DNA of 64,000 nucleotides from Dehalococcoidia bacterium (GTDB taxonomy: Bacteria; Chloroflexota; Dehalococcoidia; Lucifugimonadales; QGNO01): the NCBI GenBank assembly GCA_965249115.1, contig CBDFLI010000002.1:1945859-2009858 (forward strand). Direction: 5' to 3'. Below the pieces are notes generated by a model. It did not search any database. It had not been told where the DNA came from and was given only the letters and a program-made list of their open reading frames with translations. Below are positions 56,446-64,000 of the stretch, piece after piece. Position numbers and translations under genes: made by a program. Numbering within the stretch: position 1 is the stretch's first letter; each line of letters begins with the position of its first letter.

Positions 56446-57384
56446 ATGAGAGGCGGGACAAAGCTCCTTATCGCGGTCGTTGCGTTTCTTTTCGTTATAG
56501 CCGGATGTGGGCAGGATAAGCAGGAGCCGGTCCCTGATAGCAGGCCTCCTGCGGCAACACCCACGCCTGCGCCTTTCCTGGCGCCTCAAACACGTGCCCT
56601 GTTTTCCACCAACGCTGCTTCCGTGACGATATTTGAGGATAGAATAGCATCGCAGCCTGCGGACCGCCTGATCGTGCGCAACGTAAGCGTCAGTATGCTT
56701 GTCGACGACATCTCAGCTACGTTGGACTCTATCTCCGCCGTGGCCGGCGGTGTTGGCGGTTTCGTGGTATCCACCCAGCTCAGCGGCGAGGAGGAGAGCA
56801 GGCTTGGGTTCGTCACCATCCGGGTCCCGGCGGACCAACTGGATGGCGTCCTCAACCGGATTCGAGACATGGCGGTCCGCATACTGACTGAGTTCTCCTC
56901 TTCCCAGGACGTGACAGAGGAGTACGTGGACCTGGATGCCAGGGTCCGCAACCTGGAGAGAGCGGAGCAGCAGTTCCTGGACATACTGGAGCGCGCGGAA
57001 ACCGTTGAGGACACCCTCAAAGTGCAGCGAGAACTTTCCGGCGTCCAGGGACAGTTGGAGCAACTGAAGGGTCGCATGCAGTACCTGGAACGCACCTCTG
57101 CCACCTCTCTCATCTCGGTGGACCTGCGACCGGCCTCCAGCCCGGGGCGGCTCGTGGAGCCGGGGTGGAAGCCGCTGGAGACGGCCAAGGACGCCGTCCG
57201 GGGTCTGGCGGACTTTGGCCAGGGCCTCACGGATGTGGCCATTCGCGTCGGAGTCTTCGCGCCGGTCTGGCTCTCCATCCTGGTTGCCGGCTGGTGGCTA
57301 TGGAGACGTGATCAGTGGGTACGACGGTGGGTGTCAGGTTCCACTGCCCCTACACCCCCGCAAGGGAGCGGGCCTCGTCAATAA
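56446..57384 (+). CDS. DUF4349-like lipoprotein
   Basis: Lipobox 'FVIAGC|GQ', a coiled-coil middle ('LERAEQQFLDILERAETVEDTLKVQRELSGVQGQLEQLKGRMQYLE') and a C-terminal TM helix. Confidence 0.7.
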   Translation: MRGGTKLLIAVVAFLFVIAGCGQDKQEPVPDSRPPAATPTPAPFLAPQTRALFSTNAASVTIFEDRIASQPADRLIVRNVSVSMLVDDISATLDSISAVAGGVGGFVVSTQLSGEEESRLGFVTIRVPADQLDGVLNRIRDMAVRILTEFSSSQDVTEEYVDLDARVRNLERAEQQFLDILERAETVEDTLKVQRELSGVQGQLEQLKGRMQYLERTSATSLISVDLRPASSPGRLVEPGWKPLETAKDAVRGLADFGQGLTDVAIRVGVFAPVWLSILVAGWWLWRRDQWVRRWVSGSTAPTPPQGSGPRQ

Positions 57385-58768
57385 GACGTTTCACCTGCTC
57401 CTCGCTCTCGGCCTCCGCGTAGATACGCAGCAAGGGCTCTGTGCCAGAGAAACGGACCAGCACCCATGCGCCTCCATCCAGTGAGAAGCGCGTGCCATCG
57501 ACCTCATCCCGGCGGAGCACCTTCCTACCGCCCAGGCTGTCGGGTCGTTGAGAGGCGACACGTGCCTCCGTACCACCGCGGTCTTCCGGCCCGAAGGGCA
57601 CGTCCAGGCGGTCAAAGTGGTGCGGTCCTACCTTGCTGAACAGATAGTCCAGCAACTGTGAAGGGCGTTTGCCCGTCTTGACCACCATATCCAGCAGGAA
57701 CAGCCCGCTGAGGACGCCGTCCCGCTCCGGGATATGCTCCCTGAATGCGTAGCCTCCGCTCTCCTCTCCTGCCACCAGAGCGTTCTCGCTGCGCATGACA
57801 GACCCCAGGTACTTGAACCCAACGGCAGTCTCGTGGACCGGCACGTCGAACAGATCGCCAAGGCGGTATATCATCTGTGTAGTGGTGATGGACTTGACAA
57901 GGGGACCCCTCTCTTCACGGACCTCCAGGAGGTACAGGGCCAGAAGAGCGAAGGTCTGCAGCGTGGTTATGAAGCGTCCGTGTTCGTCCACCAGCCCTAC
58001 TCTGTCTGCGTCTGCATCCAACGCAATGCCGATATCCCCTTTGTTGGACACCACCCAATCACTCAGGCCGGTCAGGTTATGGGCCACGGGCTCCGGCTGC
58101 TGCATACCTGGGAATAACGGGTTACGTTCGCCGTGCAACTCCGTTATACGCGCAGTGCCGCCTTCCAGCAGGCGCGACAGGTAGCCCGCTCCCGCGCCGT
58201 ACATGGCGTCTACTGCAATGTTAAGGCCGCTGTTCTTGATGGCCGTTATGTCAACCAACTTGGCGATGTGGTCCAGGTATGGCGTTGCCGGCTCAATCTC
58301 TTCCAGCAAGCCGCGCTCCCTGGCCTCAACGTGGGATAAGGAGGGGACATCTCCCCCCAGAGCCTGGTTAATCTCCTTTTCCAGGGCCTCCACCACCTCC
58401 GTCGACGCGCTGCCGGCGTAGTCCGGCTTGTATTTGAAGCCGTTCCATTGAGCGGGGTTGTGACTGGCCGTGATTACAACGGCACCGCCTGCGTTGCGGT
58501 GGATGATGTTGAAGCTGACCACCGGCGTGGGAGCGGCCGCGTTACAAAGAAAGGTGGGAATACCGTTGGCCGTGGTTACCTGGGCTACCTCAGCGGCGAA
58601 ATCCTCGGAAGCGAAACGGGTGTCGTAACCTATGACCAGGCCGCGTTGCGCCAACCCGGCTTTGTGGAGATAGGCGGCAACGCCTTGGGCGCATGCCCGC
58701 ACATTGTCAGCGGTGAAGTCCCATCCGGTGATGGCCCGCCATCCGTCAGTGCCGAAGCGGATGGTCAC
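57350..58768 (-). CDS. Phosphoglucomutase/phosphomannomutase family protein
   Basis: 'FGTDGWR', active-site 'ITASHNP' and 'DADADR' metal loop. GTG start with AAAGGAGGAA RBS. Confidence 0.9.
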   Translation of the reverse strand: MTIRFGTDGWRAITGWDFTADNVRACAQGVAAYLHKAGLAQRGLVIGYDTRFASEDFAAEVAQVTTANGIPTFLCNAAAPTPVVSFNIIHRNAGGAVVITASHNPAQWNGFKYKPDYAGSASTEVVEALEKEINQALGGDVPSLSHVEARERGLLEEIEPATPYLDHIAKLVDITAIKNSGLNIAVDAMYGAGAGYLSRLLEGGTARITELHGERNPLFPGMQQPEPVAHNLTGLSDWVVSNKGDIGIALDADADRVGLVDEHGRFITTLQTFALLALYLLEVREERGPLVKSITTTQMIYRLGDLFDVPVHETAVGFKYLGSVMRSENALVAGEESGGYAFREHIPERDGVLSGLFLLDMVVKTGKRPSQLLDYLFSKVGPHHFDRLDVPFGPEDRGGTEARVASQRPDSLGGRKVLRRDEVDGTRFSLDGGAWVLVRFSGTEPLLRIYAEAESEEQVKRLIDEARSLAGV

Positions 58769-58855
58769 CAGGTTCCTCCTTTTTGGTTACCTCAAGGTCT
58801 GAGTAGAGCCCTTTTCGGCTATTCTTCAGATACCGACGCACGTGTCGTTTGTGGG

Positions 58856-60070
58856 TCAGGAAAGCCCCGCTTCCGCCCTCAGTATCGCCGCCCTGTCGGT
58901 CTGCTCCCAGGGCAGGCCCAATTCCTCGCGGCCGAAGTGCCCGTAGGAAGCAACGCTCTGGTATATGGGGCGCCGTAGGCGCAGGTTGTTGATGATGGCG
59001 CCCGGTCTGAGGTCGAAGTGCTTGTCGATGAGGTCCAGGATAACCTGGTCTTTGACCTTGCCGGTTTCAAAAGTCTCTACGCTGATGGAGATGGGATGCG
59101 CCATGCCGATGGCGTAGGATATCTGTACCTCGGCCCGGTCTGCCAGGCCTGCCGCCACTATGTTTTTGGCGACGTATCGTGCTGCGTAGGCGGCTGAGCG
59201 GTCCACCTTGGTCGGGTCTTTCCCGGAGAAGGCCCCGCCGCCATGCCGGGCGGAGCCGCCGTACGTGTCCACCAGGATCTTGCGTCCCGTCAGCCCGGTA
59301 TCGGCATTGGGACCGCCGGTGACGAACCTGCCGGAAGGGTTGACGAAAATCCTTGTCTCTGAATCTAACAGGCTCGAAGGAATGATTGGGTTGATGACCT
59401 GTTCTCGGATGTCCCTATCAAGCTGCTCCAACGTGGTGTCAGGGGAGTGTTGCGCGCTGACTACCACTGTATGGACACGCTTTGGGACTCCATATGCGTA
59501 CTCCACGGTTACCTGTGACTTGCCATCAGGCCGGAGATAAGGGATGGCCCCCTCTTTGCGGAGCATCGAGAGTCGCTTGGTCAACTTGTGGGCTATCGAG
59601 ATGGGCGTCGGCATGAGTTCCGGAGTCTCATTGCAGGCGTATCCCACCATCATGCCCTGGTCGCCGGCGCCCAGCGATTCCTCCTCGTCCTCGACATCAG
59701 TGGTGTTGCGCGTCTCCAGGGAGTGGCCCACCGCTCCTGAAATATCCGGTGACTGCTCCTTGATGGAAACGATCACACCGCAATTTTTGCTGTCGATGCC
59801 ATATTCGGCGTTGGTGTAGCCGATGTTCCTGATAGTGTCACGTGCGGTCTGTGCTATGTCCACATAGCAGTCGGTGGTGACCTCCCCCATGACCACGACC
59901 AGACCCGTAGTGACGCAGGTCTCGCACGCCACCCGTGCTTTGGGGTCCTGGGCCAGGATGGCGTCCAGGACGGCGTCTGAAATCTGGTCGCACAGCTTAT
60001 CCGGGTGACCTTCCGTAACCGACTCCGATGTGAATAGATAAGAAGGGGAGTCCTTGAAACTCAGTCCCAT
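58856..60070 (-). CDS. metK: S-adenosylmethionine synthetase
   Basis: '[21 protein letters not shown]', 'GAGDQGMM', '[16 protein letters not shown]'. Confidence 0.95.
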   Translation of the reverse strand: MGLSFKDSPSYLFTSESVTEGHPDKLCDQISDAVLDAILAQDPKARVACETCVTTGLVVVMGEVTTDCYVDIAQTARDTIRNIGYTNAEYGIDSKNCGVIVSIKEQSPDISGAVGHSLETRNTTDVEDEEESLGAGDQGMMVGYACNETPELMPTPISIAHKLTKRLSMLRKEGAIPYLRPDGKSQVTVEYAYGVPKRVHTVVVSAQHSPDTTLEQLDRDIREQVINPIIPSSLLDSETRIFVNPSGRFVTGGPNADTGLTGRKILVDTYGGSARHGGGAFSGKDPTKVDRSAAYAARYVAKNIVAAGLADRAEVQISYAIGMAHPISISVETFETGKVKDQVILDLIDKHFDLRPGAIINNLRLRRPIYQSVASYGHFGREELGLPWEQTDRAAILRAEAGLS

Positions 60071-60109
60071 TAAATAAGTCCTCCTTATTCGACCTTGGAG
60101 TAGTGGATA

Positions 60110-62352
<2,243 letters not shown>

Positions 62353-62460
62353 ACGGTCTTCTCCTGGGTGCACGTCAGCTCATATATTGGTCTTTGCTAC
62401 TGTTGCTCAGACGAGGAGGAGTCACCCGAATCGTCAGCAGCTGTTAGGAGTGTCTTAGGG

Positions 62461-63114
62461 TTAGGCCTCTTCAGGTTTGGGCACCTTGGCTGAAGATGTA
62501 CGGCGTGTGCGTTTTGCCGGGGTAGAGGGCTGCGCTGGTGCTTCATCTGCCTGCTTTGTCGTGGAGCGCCTGGAGCGCGTTGCGGGTGCCGGCGTCTCGA
62601 CAGCGGCTTCCGTAGCGGGTGCGACTTCGGCAACGGCTGGTTTCCTGGCAGGAGCACGGCGCGCGCGTCTTGCGGGTGCTGGCGTCTCGACAACCGCTTC
62701 CGCAGCGGGAGTAACTTCGGCGACGGCCGGTTCCCTGGCAGGAGCGCGGCGTGTGCGCCTTGCGGGTGCGGGCGTCTCGACAACGGCTTCCGCAGCGGGT
62801 GTGACTTCAGCAACGGCCGGTTCTCTGACAGGAGCGCGGCGTGTGCGCCTTGCGGGCGCGGGCGTCTCGACTGCGGCTTCCGTAGCGGGTGTGACTTCGG
62901 CGACGGCCGGTTCCCTGGCGGGAGCGCGGCGTGTGCGCCTTGCGGGTGCCGCGACTGCCTCTTGAAGAGGCGTTGCTATGAGCTTGGGTCGGGCCGCACG
63001 CCGTACCTGTTGAAGGGGAGCAGTACCAGCAAGAAGGGCCGTTTTGCGCAAAGCTTCATACTTCTTGCGCCTTTGCCTATGCTTGAGCATAGCTACGCGT
63101 TTACGTTTATTCAT
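62461..63114 (-). CDS. Basic repeat protein: Lys/Arg-rich N-terminus followed by about four 30-aa A/P/R/E/V/T repeats
   Basis: ATG preceded by GGGAGAGGA. 217 aa. The unit 'APARRTRRAPAREPAVAEVTPAAEAVVETP' is repeated. It lies in a co-directional gene string. Confidence 0.55.
   Translation of the reverse strand: MNKRKRVAMLKHRQRRKKYEALRKTALLAGTAPLQQVRRAARPKLIATPLQEAVAAPARRTRRAPAREPAVAEVTPATEAAVETPAPARRTRRAPVREPAVAEVTPAAEAVVETPAPARRTRRAPAREPAVAEVTPAAEAVVETPAPARRARRAPARKPAVAEVAPATEAAVETPAPATRSRRSTTKQADEAPAQPSTPAKRTRRTSSAKVPKPEEA
62581..62940. repeat. 90-bp tandem repeat, 4 complete head-to-tail copies (plus partial copies on both sides)
   Basis: The units 62581-62670, 62671-62760, 62761-62850 and 62851-62940 each start TGCGGGTGC/GCGGGCGC...GGCGTCTCGAC. 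They differ by only a handful of substitutions. Confidence 0.95.
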
Positions 63115-63156
63115 TCCTCTCCCGGGGGTATTAGACTCTTTTGTTCAATTCAGTGG

Positions 63157-63519
63157 CTAAGGGTCGTTGTTGTAGCTGGTGGGGTAGTTATGGTCAATCC
63201 AGGCGCCGGTGCCCTCTTCTATATTGAACAGCTTGTCGGACGGGCGGCCCATAGCCGCAGCCATCTCACAAGCCAGGGCGCTGCGCACGCCTTGAGCGCA
63301 GATGAACAGGAGGTCCTGGTCCGTTGGCAATTCGTCAATACGCGCCAGTACGTCGTCCACGGGTATATGAATCGCTCCTTTGACATGGCCCGCTACCCAT
63401 TCGTCCGGGTTACGCACGTCCACAACAGCGGCCCCTTCCTCCTGTACCTTCTCCCAGGCCTGCTCCACAGAGATCCGCGTGAACGGCTCTTGTGGGCCGG
63501 AACCCGTTGAGCTAGTCAT
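63157..63519 (-). CDS. Rhodanese-domain protein (single domain, 120 aa)
   Basis: 'VVDVRNPDEWVAGHVKGAIHIP' and active-site loop 'CAQGVRS'. The ATG at 63519 is preceded by GGGGGA. The longer ORF-track start is rejected. Confidence 0.75.
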   Translation of the reverse strand: MTSSTGSGPQEPFTRISVEQAWEKVQEEGAAVVDVRNPDEWVAGHVKGAIHIPVDDVLARIDELPTDQDLLFICAQGVRSALACEMAAAMGRPSDKLFNIEEGTGAWIDHNYPTSYNNDP

Positions 63520-63586
63520 ACTGTCCCCCTTGCTTCCCAGTCGTATTGATGGACTGTCTTTGCATATGGGTAAGTTGGATAAACAA

Positions 63587-64000
63587 CTATCCAACTGCCT
63601 TCTCTTTGACCTCTTCCGTAGCCGGGACAGCCTCTGTTGCTTCAGGCTCCGTTTCCACCAGCTTTGCCAGACCTTGGTCGTACGGCGGCCCGATAATGCC
63701 TCGCTCTGTGATGATGGAGGTGATGTACCGGTGTGGTGTGACGTCAAAGACGACGTTTCGCACGGTGATGCCCTTGGGCGTCGTATTGGAGTTACCCCAG
63801 CGGTTAACCTCCTCGGGGTCACCCTCCTCTAATGGAATACCATCGCCCGACGCCAGAGAAAGGTCCAGTGTGCTGGTTGGCGCCGCCACATAGAAGGGGA
63901 TGTCGTTTTCATGGGCTATCACCGCCAGGGGATACGTGCCTACCTTATTGACGATGTCTCCATTGGCGGCGACGCGGTCAGCGCCAACGATGACACACCC
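63587..64000 (-). CDS. mtnA: S-methyl-5-thioribose-1-phosphate isomerase (eIF-2B alpha/beta/delta family), C-terminal part; the gene runs off the window
   Basis: The frame is open to the window edge: 'VIVGADRVAANGDIVNKVGTYPLAVIAHENDIPFYVAAPTST...NVVFDVTPHRYITSIITERG'. Confidence 0.8.
   Translation of the reverse strand, partial: GCVIVGADRVAANGDIVNKVGTYPLAVIAHENDIPFYVAAPTSTLDLSLASGDGIPLEEGDPEEVNRWGNSNTTPKGITVRNVVFDVTPHRYITSIITERGIIGPPYDQGLAKLVETEPEATEAVPATEEVKEKAVG

Noticed and set aside
57350-57384. 35-nt convergent overlap of the DUF4349 and phosphohexomutase gene ends
   Set aside because: Convergent 3' overlaps of this size are common in compact genomes, and no further structure was seen.
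62560-62950. Possible CRISPR array (regular repeats)
   Set aside because: The units are contiguous 90-bp copies with no unique spacers, there are no cas genes, and the region is coding. It is a tandem repeat, not a CRISPR array.
62397-62965. Alternative long ORFs across the 90-bp repeat (62397-62813 minus, 62477-62965 plus)
   Set aside because: All frames stay open because of the repeat composition. Only the 62461-63114 minus frame has an ATG with a good RBS and fits the co-directional gene string. The frame choice remains a caveat.

Overview
This is a moderately GC-rich bacterial chromosomal segment. I saw no rRNA, tRNA, CRISPR array, transposase or integrase. Gene content gives a Chloroflexota / Dehalococcoidia-like impression (paralog families, str-S10 junction without tuf), but that is a low-confidence inference. 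Layout: (1) 1-4.7 kb holds an S51 peptidase, small hydrophobic ORFs, a decayed two-component module (truncated kinase, intact NarL-type regulator, frameshifted receiver) and a DedA-like protein. (2) 5-12.5 kb is an acyl-CoA cluster with three atypical crotonase paralogs, two tandem family III CoA-transferases, two metallophosphoesterases and a cupin. (3) 12.8-23.7 kb holds three CapA-like metallophosphatase-fold paralogs around a peptide-type ABC importer that has no ATPase genes, plus an MFS transporter and a beta-propeller hydrolase-like protein. (4) 24-30 kb holds a lower-GC front-end-type desaturase, an alpha/beta hydrolase bracketed by a 63-bp direct repeat, and a 1304-aa Ser/Thr kinase-AAA-TPR protein. 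(5) 30.3-35.3 kb holds a Zn-ribbon protein, an RRM glycine-rich RNA-binding protein, a CaCA exchanger and pntAA-pntAB-pntB. (6) 35.5-56.3 kb is a complete str/S10/spc/alpha ribosomal super-operon from rpsL to rpsI, including rpmJ, which is too short for the ORF track. Several of its proteins carry unusual extensions, most strikingly an S17 with a roughly 198-aa acidic tail. (7) 56.4-64 kb holds a DUF4349 lipoprotein, a phosphohexomutase and a methyl-cycle cluster (metK, ahcY, PfkB kinase, partial mtnA) interrupted by a rhodanese and a basic protein built on four 90-bp tandem repeats. The best candidates for something undescribed are the kinase-STAND/hydrolase locus with its duplicated 3' end, the triplicated CapA-like/ABC locus, the S17 acidic extension and the 90-bp-repeat basic protein. 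All calls rest on reading the translations and sequence by eye. No searches or alignments were run.
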